The notes under the pieces: model-generated | Database searches by the model: none | What the model saw: only the letters and a program-made list of their open reading frames with translations | What the model was told of the DNA's origin: nothing | DNA from: the human T2T-CHM13v2.0 reference genome, Homo sapiens | DNA: 64,000 nt | Direction: 5' to 3' (one strand) | Assembly: GCF_009914755.1 (NCBI RefSeq) | Contig: NC_060932.1 | Part shown: one piece after another, positions 1 to 14,224 of the stretch | Layout: the number at the start of each line of letters is the position of its first letter | Numbering within the stretch: the first letter of the stretch is position 1 | Made by a program: the position numbers and the translations under genes

Positions 1-427
1 AGGTGAGAAATTAAGAAACTTCATTTAAGCTCTGCCTTTTACGTTGTAAAAAAATTACTGCTTTGACCTACTGGTAAGGTCATAGGTCTTCTGTTGATTA
101 TGTTTTTGTATCTTCATAAAATAAGTACACGCTCTTTCACCACTCCAGCTCATCAACTGGGCTTCAAACAAGTGGTAATCTCTCAGGTCATCCAAGAGGC
201 CAACCTGCATCATCTCTCTTCCAGTGTGAAAACTCAACCGGTGACAAAGAATTACTGAACTGTTTCTTAGTATTTAAAGGAGCGTTCAAGACATTCCTTT
301 TTCTTTCTAACATAAAAAAAAGCCACAGACATGTAGGAGAGTGTTGTGGTTCATGGGTTGGATGTCTGTTTGCCAGCTTGAATTTGTATTTGGAAAACAA
401 ATGAATCTCTGATTAGCCAACCTCTAA

Positions 428-447
428 CACACACACACACACACACA
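428..447. repeat. (CA)n microsatellite
   Basis: Uninterrupted run acacacacacacacacacac. Confidence 0.9.
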
Positions 448-823
448 CCCTCTACCCACCTTTAATGGAAGTAATAATTTATTTAACATTATTGAACATC
501 AAATATATACCAAGCAATGTTTTAAAACTTAACAGTGAATGAGGTAGAAATAGGTTGGCTCTCATATTTCCATGTTAGAAACAGGTAACATCAAAGACAA
601 CTAAGTCAACAAGAAACATGCATAGTGGTGTTTGTAAGGCAAAGAATTAAATCAGGCTGATGTTACTGAGTGGCCACTTTCGAGTGGCAAAAAGATTTAT
701 CTGAAGAGATCATTTTTGAGATACAAACAGTGACTAGCTTACTTCTCACCTATACTGACAGTTGAATTTAGCCTAGAGTAAAAACACACAGACATAATGA
801 GAGGTCTCATATGAAATTCATGA

Positions 824-2122
<1,299 letters not shown>

Positions 2123-2758
2123 TGCAAGCATAACTAGTCTTGTTAGAATCATGGGAAGGAACATTTCAGGCAGATGTCATAGGTCATAAAGTATCTCCAT
2201 AATGGGGAAAGGCTTAGTGTGTTTGAGGAAACCAAAGGTCAGTGTGGCTAGAGCAAAGTGGGAAAAGAGAAGAGCGCTCCAAGATTCTGCCTCCTAAAGA
2301 AGAAAGAGTCAGATGACAAGTACCTTTCCTTGCCCCAAGTGTTGCCTGCCATATCCTGATGCTTTTCTCCCTCTGATGGATGAATGAACTGTACATTTCA
2401 ATTGCAGCACTTCTAAAACACAATACATTCTACTATGTAATGCAGTAGAGAATTAAACTTAGGGAATCTGCTCAGGACCTCAGCATCATTTGGGCCTTTG
2501 AGAAACACTCTCTTCTTGGTCGTTTTTTGACTCTGACTCATCCCGTTTTTTTGAGGATCCAGCTTTTTTTGAGGATAAGTCTTTCCACAATAACACAGCC
2601 ACTCTTATTTTCTCTAGTAAACTTCACCCTAGAGGGGTGACTGTTGGGCCTTCCATGTTTCTAACTGGAAAATCAGAGTGCATTTTTACATACAAAATTG
2701 ATGATTCCTCCCAAATAGAGGGATAAGTCTAACATAATTTGAATGCACTGGAACTTAT

Positions 2759-3256
2759 TGTCAAGTACTATAAATGGTTTGAGATTCTTTCCTACTTGCA
2801 ATCCGGCAACTTAGCTGGCCACCATTTCAGGAAGGTAGGTAAAAGCCATTAGATTCCTTGTTAGAGATAAAGGATGGTTTATTACTTAAAGCAATAGCAT
2901 AGCCAGAATAACAGGATTTTTTTTCTGGTTTCATAAATGCCAGTTCTTAGGCAGCAACACAAAGAGGGCCCAATGACACCTGCATGTGAGTGTGCTGCAT
3001 TATAGGAGAGGAAGCCTAAGCTTTGGGAACCCAAATTTTTTATAATTGATAGTAAGCACATTTGCCCTTTGATCCACAGGGGGGAAAATACCTTTATTAT
3101 ACGAGACAGCAAATATGTCTCTCCTTTGCTCTAGAGAGACGAACTATCTTCCATGGCTATTTTCTGGACAAACATCCTCTAAAAGACAATCCAAAACAAA
3201 GAAAGTCACAAGATATGGATAAATGTGAGAATCCTGTGATGGGTTATCTCCCAACA
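2759..3256 (-). mobile_element. 3' LTR of class III (ERVL) provirus, LTR40-like
   Basis: TG...CA termini (tgtcaag...tctcccaaca); homologous to 8045-8510; abuts the polypurine tract. Confidence 0.85.
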
Positions 3257-3274
3257 TCTGCCCCTTGCTTCTCT
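3257..3274 (-). promoter_or_regulatory. Retroviral polypurine tract (PPT)
   Basis: Minus strand reads agagaagcaaggggcaga immediately before the LTR start tgttggg. Confidence 0.75.
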
Positions 3275-3339
3275 ACCATCCTGGATTCTGATGAATTTTC
3301 CATGAGTATGCCACTCTAATAACTACTGTAATTAATCTG

Positions 3340-4050
3340 ACGGAAAGAGGTTGGAACACATTCTTTCAATTTGTCTTGTGTAGTATTTAATTGAGGCTAT
3401 TACCAACAAGATTCCAAGCAGCAGTAGTGACCTCAATCATGGCTCCTGGGATCCCAGGCCTAACCAGCTAAACAAATCCCATAAACCATCAGTTTCTGTA
3501 TCGACCTTTTCACTTCACCCAAGGCATTAATCCAAGTATAGCAGGATGCATTAGCATTTGCAAAGACCCTGCCTTGGCTTGCAAGCAGAAAATGTAGGAC
3601 AATTGTATAATCCATAACAACCCTGGCCAGTGAGCTGAAACTGATTTTATTGTCTTCCAGGGCAAAGTTGGCACCACTGATCACTTCAGCTAAAATCAGG
3701 GACAAATTTTGTATCACCATTTCTAATTGGAGGACTTCCAATGCACAGATAACTGCCCACACGTTGCACATTAAAAAATGTGTCACTTACCCCTCCAGGA
3801 GACTCTTTGGATAAACTAATGAGAGCCTCATTTTGGAGGGATCTTTGAGGTCATCTGTGAACTTTCTTATGACCACCAGAAGGTATGAGTCACCGTGTTT
3901 TCAAGAAGAGAGTAAAAAATGCGTGGCTACACACAAGAAGCACAGTTCTCACGAGGACACAGAGTCCCTGGAAAGAAGGCATTGTTTACATTCGTTGGAG
4001 TGCCCCAGGTAGTACCCACATCAGTTTTTGGGCAAAAGTCCCGGGGCCTC
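3340..4050 (-). pseudogene. Degenerate retroviral env (end of SU and TM, with immunosuppressive domain and membrane anchor)
   Basis: ORF 3460-3786 reads LARVVMDYTIVLHFLLASQGRVFANANASCYTWINALGEV, a decayed ISD plus CX6CC region; a downstream frame reads SLLLLGILLVIASIKYY (transmembrane helix) just before the PPT. Confidence 0.8.
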
Positions 4051-7000
4051 CAGTGTGGCTGCCCAAACGGCTGGTAAGCCCTGGCATTTCCAGATCAGTT
4101 TGAGTAATGCAGTCAATCCTTATTTTGGAGGGACTGCATGAGGTCAGCCAGTCCAATCTGTCCTTTATATTCATGGAGAGCATTTGTCTACCCCCCAGAA
4201 TGCCACAGGGTCAGATGATCAAACTCAAACAGCCACAGCGGAACCTAAATTAAATCAAGAGTGGTGAAGGACCACCACCACCTGACTGCTTAGTGTAGGC
4301 TTCCAAGAATGTGTTTGTGCCATACCCCAAACAATGTGGCCTTACCCTCAGGTAAGCTGTTTGTTCAGCTTCTGGCAGGAGTCCCAGGTCTGGCTTGCAT
4401 GGTGGCCTCTGCATCAGAAATACAGGGTCCTTTCCTTTGTATCCAGTCTATGTCGGTGGATATGTTAGCATGCCTGATACAATGATGGATTCAGGCAGCC
4501 AAGGTAACAATCTGGGTGGTGCAAGCTGAGTCAGCTGCTTACTTCCAGCTGGTCTTACCAGAAAACAGACTCATGTGGTGTATCTAGGTGAGTGGTCCAC
4601 GTGTTTTGATTAGCAGCTGTGAATTACTTTCACAGTTCTTGATCCCAAAGAGGACATATGGAATCTGTCAGTCTGTGGTTTTCCAAGTGGCATGCCAAAC
4701 ACCTAGGCCACTGGGAACAGCCTAAGAGTCAATAAAAATGTAACAAAGTTCACCAAGGACTATACTGGCCAGATCAGTGAGAATGGCCTTGAGCTGTGCC
4801 CACATACTTGAGAGAACCACATTCATTTTCTGCATAGCTGCCACTGAGATTCAACAGCCCCAGCAGCCTTGCTGATATTGTTGTAATTCAACTCAGCCAA
4901 ACCATCAGTGAACCAGCCATAGGCATTTAGGGGACCACTGTGGACTGAAGGCTCCACTGAGGTAGCAGCTTAGCCTCAGGTGAGAGAAAGGGAGACAAAG
5001 TTTCTACCAAAAAGATAGTTACCATGTTGTATGTAAAGTTGCTGCCAGGATGCTAAGATACTGCTCAGGCCAGCCTGGATGCATTCATAAATATGCTGCT
5101 TCCTTTTGCCAGCCAAGGCTCGGTGGGCCCTTCCCAACTTGTCATTGATTCCAAACAGACCCGCCCGCTGCCCAATGTGGATATCAGACCAGCAAGTCAC
5201 AAGGCCTCAGTAGGTCATGTTTTTTATGTCAGAAGCTGCTTTATAAAGGGCGTTATAATTTGCTACTTGGAGCCTCTGGTAGAGAAGCTGTCTGCATTCA
5301 CCGTTCCCATTGGGGTCAGGACTTACCCTCTCCCTAACTGCATCGTCTGTCTCAAGAAGAGGACAAGTCCAGACCCTAATGGGCACCTCCGAATGGAGGC
5401 AGCTTCTCTTTATCAGAGGCACAAAGTAGCAAATCACTGGTCACTCAAGATGGAGTTAAGCCTGTGAGTTCCCAAAATGGAAAGCGTATTTCAGTTCGCT
5501 GAACAGCTTTCAGTGGAGACTGTTGGTTTGGGCCCTATGCAAATTATGATTTTTGGATAAGCCAATATAAAGGACAAGTGGAATGCCCAAGAGAGGTACA
5601 TTCTGTCTCCAATTCCTAAAGAGTCCAGCAATGTGGCATCTTTTTCTTTTTTTCTTTTTTTTGGCTTTGAGGTCTGATGAGACAGCAGTCTTCCTTGATG
5701 CCAGAGGGACTTAGCACTGTGAATCCACCCACATGGTTCCATAAAAAACTTTACTTGGCAAGCAGTTCTTTTGCATTTTTTCAGGATTTATCAGTTACTT
5801 TTGCTAGAGGAAGTGTGATAATGCCACAGTCAGGGCCACTGAGGATGAACATTCTGACTTGGCAACATGATACAGATAGGAAAAACATTGGAAATTAAAG
5901 AACAGAAGCACTTGTGCTAAATCCTGACCTGCTCCTTGTGGCAAATGGCAGGGAAGTTTAGGCAACAGTCGGGGAGTACAGCAACCATACATTGGAGACC
6001 TTACCACATGAATGAGAACTATTCTAGATGCCTTGGTGCTGGGCCTATGTCAAAATGGGTTTCAGCAGTGTCTAAGACAACACAGCAAGTGCTATCAATC
6101 TGTGTAATGAATTCAATCACCTTTGCAACATCCGCAACGGCTGACGTGTTGGGAGCAATAACTGAATTCAAGTTGATGACTCCTGTGAAAATCCAGTCCT
6201 GTTAGGTTTTTTTTTCCACCGACTATATAAGGCTGTTGTATTGGGCTAATGCATCTCTTACTATTCTTTCTACCTTTAAGTCCTTCAACAGGCTATGATC
6301 TTCCTTTCCCTAAGATGCTATACTATGTCCGATAGAACACCTAGGAGAGGAAAGAAACATAAGGTACGGAGCTATTTCTATGTCCCACTAGGGGTTCTCT
6401 ACATGTGGCTCTTCTCAGTCAAAAACATTGCCTCTGGCAATATGGGACAAAGAAGTACAATCATATAACACATCAATGTCTACCGTACATTCATATGTGG
6501 AAGCATCAACAACAGAACATTGAATAGACCCTTAAGGTCATGTTAACCTTCTTTTCGCACAGTGAACACTTCCCCAACCTCATGAGCTGAATCTAGACCC
6601 ATTTTCTTTCACGGGTCTGCATAGGCTAGTTCCCTACGTGCCCATATCCAAAAAGCCATAAAAGTTTGAATCCTTCCCCTTTTCAAAATTCCCAAACTTA
6701 TTCCAGTAGGTGGATATAACCTTTGATTCCACCTTAGAAACAGACTCAACCCCACCTCTAATCTTCTGTCTCCATAAAGTCGCTGAGATCGGGGTAGAGA
6801 AAGAGTGAAGGATAGTACAGAGAAAGAGGGAAGCTCTGTGTAAGCGACTTCACATTTACCTTCAGTTTTGAGCAGCGTGGCGGCAGCTTTGGTTCAACCA
6901 AAGGAACTGCAAATTTGTTCATCCCAGTCAGTACTCTCCTGGGTGTGTGGGGGGGGGTCCTCTTATTTACACCATAAGAACCCTATAACTCATCAGCAGT

Positions 7001-8020
7001 CACACTGCTTTCCAGCCGGGACCACTAGGTTTGCATCCTCGGGCCAACTAAGGCTTGACTGGCTCTTACAGGGACAACATTTTAAAGGAGTTCACTTTAA
7101 TGTGGGACACCTGCAACTCTATTTCCATGCTAGTATCACTTAAGCTCTTGCCTTATTTCCATATAAAGACTAGGGAAATTTTCCATGGTGATGCTGCTGC
7201 CCGCAGGAATTTATCTAAATTTCATTGGGTCAATATCTCATTCTCCAGTGGGTCTCCTATATCAACATTGTAAATCCAATCAGGAGCAGTAAGACCAGAA
7301 TACTAGTCAATGTCTCTTCTATGGTTTCTCCAAGAGTTTAACTATATCAAGAAATCTCCTTGACAAGGCTAATGCTCCCTTATAGCAGCCAGGATGCACT
7401 GCAAAACAAACAACAACAAAACCCAAAACAAAAACCAACCACTCTAAGTCCGTGTAGGGTTGTCTTAAGTGGATCCACAATTAGCCTGATGGACTGCAGG
7501 AGGGATTGAGCTGTAAGATGGCCCAGCTGCTACCATTCCTCCTTAGCACATGTCTCAAGGGAACCAGCCAGCGCTCTAACAATTATCCTAGTTCTGCCCA
7601 GAATAATGGTCCCAAAGTTTCCTCCTTTCACACTCAGTATAGACATTCAGCTATAAAACTGTTGTCAGAAAGGGGTGGACATTTTTGCTGGCCTAGGATG
7701 AATCTTAGTACAAGTTGCTATAATTCAGTGCACCGGATTGACCACCAGTTTCTCAAGGAAGTTCCTCTGCCTGGAGGAGTTGACAACAATGACATACTAT
7801 TTGTTAGATGTTTTGAACCTGCTTCCTGGTATTGTCAGCTGTGACCCCCTTCCCAGTTTTTCCTCGTCAGTGGGCAGTGGTGAAGTACTATTTATTGTCC
7901 AGCTAACCATACAATTTGGTCAACATATTTACTACCTATTCCCATGGACTTTTCTCAAATCTTGTCCATCAGCCCATAAAGTCCTCATTCTTTCTCTTCT
8001 AGAAAGGCATGACTTTTTCA

Positions 8021-8040
8021 GCATCCCACACTTAATGCCA
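8021..8040 (-). promoter_or_regulatory. Degenerate primer-binding site, tRNA-Leu-like
   Basis: Minus strand tggcattaagtgtgggatgc, 4 nt from the 5' LTR end; resembles the complement of the tRNA-Leu 3' end (TGGTGTCAGAAGTGGGATTC). Confidence 0.55.
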
Positions 8041-8044
8041 GAAC

Positions 8045-8510
8045 TGTCAAGGACTATGAAGGGTCTGAAATCTTACTCTAGTTGCAAGCTAACAAGTGTG
8101 CCTGCCCCAGTTTCATGGATGTCGATAGACCTCATAAGACCCCAGGTCATAGATGAAAGACAATTCATCAAACAACAGCAGCAGCCAGAACATGTGCATG
8201 TTTGTGCCAGTTTCCTGAGCTCCAAGTCCCACAGGGCAACACAAAGAGGGTCAGATGGCCCCTGCACATTCAGTAGGTTGCACTACAGGAGAGGACCCTG
8301 AGAGCTTTGGGAACCCCAATTGTTTATAACGGGCAGCAAGCATGTCCAAGGGGACATAACTCCTCTATCTTCCAAAGTTGTAAGCAAACTTATCCTTTGT
8401 TACAGGGGAGACACTACCTCTATATCCATAGCTGCTCCTTGAATGGATAGTCCAGAACACAGGGCAATCAGTGCCACGCTCACAAAACATAGAGAAACTT
8501 ACATAAAAGA
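8045..8510 (-). mobile_element. 5' LTR of the provirus, LTR40-like (outer end eroded)
   Basis: tgtcaaggactatgaagggtctgaaatc... aligns with 2759 onward; shared blocks such as aggagagga...gctttgggaaccc. Confidence 0.85.
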
Positions 8511-8586
8511 TTCATGCCAAATTTGCTCTTTGTAGCTTTCTTCTGATACCACCACTTGACAACATCATAGATGACATTTTCTCTCA

Positions 8587-8928
<342 letters not shown>

Positions 8929-9285
8929 TCAGAGCAATACTGATTTTATGACTACTTATCCCTGGTCTGTGCTATCTGCTCACCTGTCAGCCTGCTCTGC
9001 AGAATGTAGAAATATAAAAAGTGCCTTCTTAGTATTTTATGCATACTGAGACGTTCATGGCACAGCTATAGTAACACCCTTTTTCAAACACAAGAAATAT
9101 GCAACATGTTCTTAACTTGCCACAGTTTTCATTGTCTTCTATTGGTCTCCCTCCACACCCTAAGGTTCTATAACATGCTTGTTCTGAAAACTCCAAGCAA
9201 TATGGCTAGATGCTTTTCTGGTCACTTAATCATCTATACAACAAATATTTATTGAGCTCTTATTACATGCCTGCACTATTTTAGC

Positions 9286-9564
9286 TGTTACAAGAAAGGG
9301 GTCCCGATCCAGATCCCCAGAGAGGGTTCTGGATCTCACCCAAGAAAGAATTCAGGGTGAGTTTGTAAAGTGAAAGCAAGTTTATTAAGAAAGTAAAAGA
9401 ATAAAAGAATGGCTACTCCATAGACAGAGCACCCACAAGGGTTGCTGGTTGCCCATTTTTAATGGTTATTTCTTGATTATATGCTAAACAAGGGGTGGAT
9501 TACGCACGCCTCTCCTTTTTAGACCATATACGGTAATTTCCTGACGCTGCCATGGCATTTGTAA
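9286..9564 (-). mobile_element. Partial ERV1 LTR (LTR8-like)
   Basis: tgttacaagaaaggggtcccgatccagatcccc...gcaagtttattaagaaag...gccatggcatttgtaa; ends abruptly. Confidence 0.8.
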
Positions 9565-10716
9565 TGGATACATTTTTACTATTTTCTTAGAGCTTAAATC
9601 CTGAGAGCATTTTTGGGAGATTAGTGGTATGGAGTTGAGGGGCTGTAACAGGAACAGTTTAAAGAATGCATCAATGTGTGGGGTGGCTGAGAGCATGTCT
9701 GCTGAAGCTGTCATATTTGTGTGATGAATGAGTTTCACAAACTGTTTGGAGAATTCATTGGGCTCCATTGCTATTTTTGTTAAAACTTTTTAATTAGTAG
9801 CCTTGAGAAAAAAAAAGAGAGAAATACAAAGTGACATGTCCATTTTTGTATCTTGTGTTTTTTCGTAAATGTGATGGCTCAGTGTCTGTGGATGGCTGGG
9901 TAAATTGGAGGCAGTATATGGCAGGCAACTTGATCAAAAACCCAGAGAAGCATAAGGATGAAAGCACCATGAGGGTTGTGAGAGCTGTATGGGGCTGGGT
10001 GTGGCAGTCCATGTAGAACGTACCCTTGCTGGGCTCAGAGGGGTTCTAGAGCTGCAAGAGAACCTCCTGATACCATGGGATGAGTTTTCTCTCATTTGGA
10101 TGCTCTTGTAGCCGGGTATAAATAGGCAATGCTGTTCAAGAAATTGAATCAACAAGGATCCTGAAGGCTATCGTGGGGATTTTGAAATGGGAGAGAGGAT
10201 TCAGAAATCCTGGTGAAAAGGCATGAATAGCTGCAATTAGATTTGCTTTTAGTCTCTTAGCTTTTCCTATCAGGTCCTTTGGGACCTTCACTTCTGACCA
10301 GCTGTTCTTCGAGAAGAATCTTGGCCAATATTTAAATGGGAGAGGGTGTGGAGCTGGGAAGCTGCCGTGCTGTTACACGTGACTCTTGTTCCGTTCATGC
10401 GCCTGTGAAGACACACCACGTAAGAGTAGAAAGAGGGATGCCCGAGACTTTGGTTTTGGAAGATGATTCATTAAACATATTTTAATCTGCAATAGAGAGT
10501 CGTGCTGTAAGAGTCACTGGGTGAAATCCCACCCACATTATGGGCATGAAGAGCCCTAAATAATTATCAGGAAATTAACATGCCTTCTTTCTTGTCAAAA
10601 CATGAGCTCTTAATAAATGTTTTGCTTGTGCATGGTGCTTAAGTAAATTACACTGAGATTGAGCTACTCCTCAAAGATTAATTATGAAAATTGTATATAG
10701 GAAGAAATATAAATAA

Positions 10717-10944
<228 letters not shown>

Positions 10945-11848
10945 TAAGCAAACACAGGATTAATTACTTTTTTTTTTTTGCCAGAAATATGCCCCTACTG
11001 GTCATATAGTCCATCTGTGACCAGTCTAAAGAACATTAATCAGATAAAAGAAAAAATTCATAGGTAACTCAAATGAAGCATATCTTCTCAAAAGCAAAGC
11101 CATTTGTGTAATCAAGTACCCAGAACGTGGCTAAATGTAGCAGAAAATCACTAACTGCGTTCATACTCGGTGGTCATTCCAGCAGAAAAGTTTTCTTAAA
11201 AAAATCAAGAGGCATATACAATTAGTAGGTGTATACTATGTCACCTGCAACAACTGCGGCATAAAAAGGATTTATTTTAGGTAAACGTGTGATTCAGTAA
11301 ACAACTTATGGTAATATTGGCTCAAAGAAGACAGAGAATTAAATATAAGACCAAGGTCAGTGTTGATGTTCACTCCTCTCTTCTAAAAGTTTACCTTCAT
11401 GAGGTTAGTTACCTTCATAATGTTGGTCATCATAACCAGTGCACGAAGTGAACAGTGAGGGGTGAGTCATTTCCAAATTGCCTAAAACGTGCTTTATTAA
11501 AACAAATAGAATTTATCTTTCCGGCAATGCAATTTTGTGGCAATTTTTCATCATTCTTTCCCAGGAAAAAAAATTAAAGCCTAATATTGCATTGAAATGC
11601 ACACATATCTTAGTAAATTTAGTACGATCATCCTAATTAGACAGATAAGCATACATATGATGACAAAAATCAGTAACTTCTTTCAACATGCGCTATAATT
11701 TCTGAAATCAAAACATTTCCAATTGAAGATGAGAAAGGTCACATTAAGCAAGAACTAAAGAATTTAATATGACAACAAAATATATTTTTCTTATGTAAGG
11801 TTGAAATACAAGCAGAAAATTTCAGTAGCATAAAAGGTTAAATAGATT

Positions 11849-12559
11849 CATTTTTACATTTTACCTTAAGTTCTGGGATACACGTGCTGAACGTGCAGGT
11901 TTGTTACATGGGTATACACCTGCCATGGTGGTTTGCTGTACCTATCAACCTGTCATGTAGGTTTTAAGCCCTGCATGCATTAGGTATTTGTTCTAATGCT
12001 CTCCTCCTCTTTTGCCTCACCCCCTGGCAGGCCCCAGTGGTGTTCCCCTCCCTGTGTCTGTGTTGTTCAACTCCTGCTTATGAGTGAGAACATGGGGTGT
12101 TTGGTTTTCTGTCCCTGTGTTAATTTTATGAGAATGATGGTTTCCAGCTTCATCCATGTCCCTGCAAAGGACATGAACTCATTCTTTTTTATGTCTGCAT
12201 AGTATTCCATGGTGTATATGTGCCACATTTTCTTTATCCAGTCTATCATCGATGGGCATTTGGGTTGCTTCCAAGTCTTTGCTATTGTAATTAATGCTGC
12301 AATAAACATACGTGTGCATGTGTCTTTATAGTAGAATGATTTATAATCCTTTGGGTATATATTCAGTAACGGGATTGCTGGGTCAAATGGTATTTCTGGT
12401 TCTAGATCCTTCAGGAATCACCAGACTATCTTCCACAACGGTTGAACTAATTTATACTCCCACCAACAGTGTAAAAGTGTTCCTATTTCTCCACATCCTC
12501 TCCAGCATCTGTTGTTTCCTGACTTTTTAATGATCACCATTCTAACTGGTGTGAGATGG
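11849..12559 (-). mobile_element. 5'-truncated L1PA 3' end
   Basis: L1 3'UTR and ORF2 C-terminus (ORF 12067-12309, KTWKQPKCPSMIDWIKKMW); 13-bp TSD ggttaaatagatt at 11836-11848 and 12558-12570. Confidence 0.95.
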
Positions 12560-12587
12560 TTAAATAGATTTTTAAAAAGTTTACACT

Positions 12588-14192
12588 CTTTACTCTGTTT
12601 ATAGTTTGTTTTGCTGTGCAGAAGCTCTTTAATTATGTCCTACTTGTCAATTTTTGTTTTATTTACAATTGCTTTTGAGGACTGAGTCATAAATTATTTC
12701 TTAAGGCTGATGTCCTGACTGGTGTTTTTTAGGTTTTCTTCTAGGATTTTCATAGTTTGAGGTCTTACATTTACATTTTTCATTCATCTTGAGGTAAGTT
12801 TTGTATGTGGTGAGAGGTTGCGGTTATTCTTCTGCATATGGCTAGCCAGCTATTCCAACACCATTTATTGAATAGGGAGTACTTTCCTCACAGCTTATTT
12901 TTGCTGATTCTGTCAAAGATAAGATGGCTATAGGTGCACACCTTTATTACTGAGTTCTTTATTCTGTTCCATTGGTCTATGTGTCTGCTTTTGTACCAGT
13001 ACCATGTGGTTTTGATTATTATCACCTCAGAGTATACTTTGAAGTTGGGTATTGTGATGCCTCCTCCAACTTTGCTCTTTTTGCTTAGGATTGTTTTGGC
13101 TATGTTGATTCTCCTTTGGTTCTATGTGAATTTTGAACTAGTTTTTTTTCTTCTAATTCTGTGAAGAATGAAATTGGTAGTTTGATAGGAATGGCACTGA
13201 ATTTGTAGATTGCTTTGGGCAGTATGGCCATTTTAACAATATTGATTCTTCCAGTCCATGAGCATGGAATTTTTTTATTTGTTTGTGTCATCTGTATTTT
13301 CTTTCGACAGTGTTTTGTAGTTGTTCTTGCAGAAATCTTTCACTTCCTCGGTTAGATGTATTCCTAGGTATTTTATTTTTGTGTGTGTGGCAACTGTAAA
13401 TGAGAACGTGTTCCTGATTTGGTTCTGGGCTTGAACGTTATTGGTGTATGGAAATGCTACTGATTTTCGTACAAAGATTTTGTATCTGAAACTTTACTGA
13501 AGTTGTTTATCAGGATCCAGGAGTCTTTCGGTGGAGTCTTTAGGGTTTTCTAGGTATATAATCATTAAGTCTGCAAAGAGAGATAATTTGACTTCTCCTT
13601 TCCTATTTGGGTGCCTTGAATTTCTTTATCTTGCCTGATTACTCTGGCAAAGACTTCCAGTACTATGTTGAATAAAAGTGGTTGAGAGTGGGCATCTTTG
13701 TCTTGCTGTAGATCTTAGGGAAATGCATTCAGCTTTTGCCTGTTTAGTATGATGTTGGCTCTGGGTTTGTCATAGATGGATCTTATTATTTTGATGTATG
13801 TTCCTTTGATGCCTAGTTTGTTGATGGTTTATTATGAAAGGATGTTGGATTTTATTAAGAGCCTTTTCTATGCCTATTGAGATGATCACGTGATTTTTGT
13901 TTTCAGTTCTGTTTATGTGACGAATTTACTGATTTGCATATGTTGAACCAATTTTGCATCCCAGGAGTGAAGCCTACTTGATCGTGGTAAATTAACTTTC
14001 TGATGTGCTACTGGATTCAGTTTGCTAGGATTTTTACATCTATTTTCATCATAGATATTGGCCTGTGGTTTTCCTTTTTTGTTGTGTCCTGTGAGGTTTT
14101 TGTTTCAGGGTGAAGCTGGCTTGATAGAATGAGTTAGGGAGGAGTCCCTCCTCCTAGATTTTTTTGGAATAGTTTCAGTAGAATTAGTACCA
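12588..14192 (-). mobile_element. L1PB/L1MA-type ORF2 segment (inverted arm of the composite insertion)
   Basis: ORF2 RT-region sequence on the minus strand ([24 protein letters not shown]). Confidence 0.9.
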
Positions 14193-14224
14193 CCTGGTAC
14201 TACCTAGAGGATCAAGGTATGTTT

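Larger units (their letters stand above)
3257..8044 (-). mobile_element. ERV internal region (HERVL40-like), degenerate gag-pro-pol-env with deletions
   Basis: Lies between two LTRs. Minus-strand remnants: RT (about 5900-6200, ELNSVIAP...VVLDTAETHF), RNase H (about 4680-4930, WFTDG...AQLKAIL...YIFIDS*AVPSGL.VW), integrase N-terminal zinc finger (about 4370-4510) and env TM. Confidence 0.85.

Noticed and set aside
7738-8301. 187-aa plus-strand ORF
   Set aside because: Antisense to the ERV leader/LTR; no recognisable protein.
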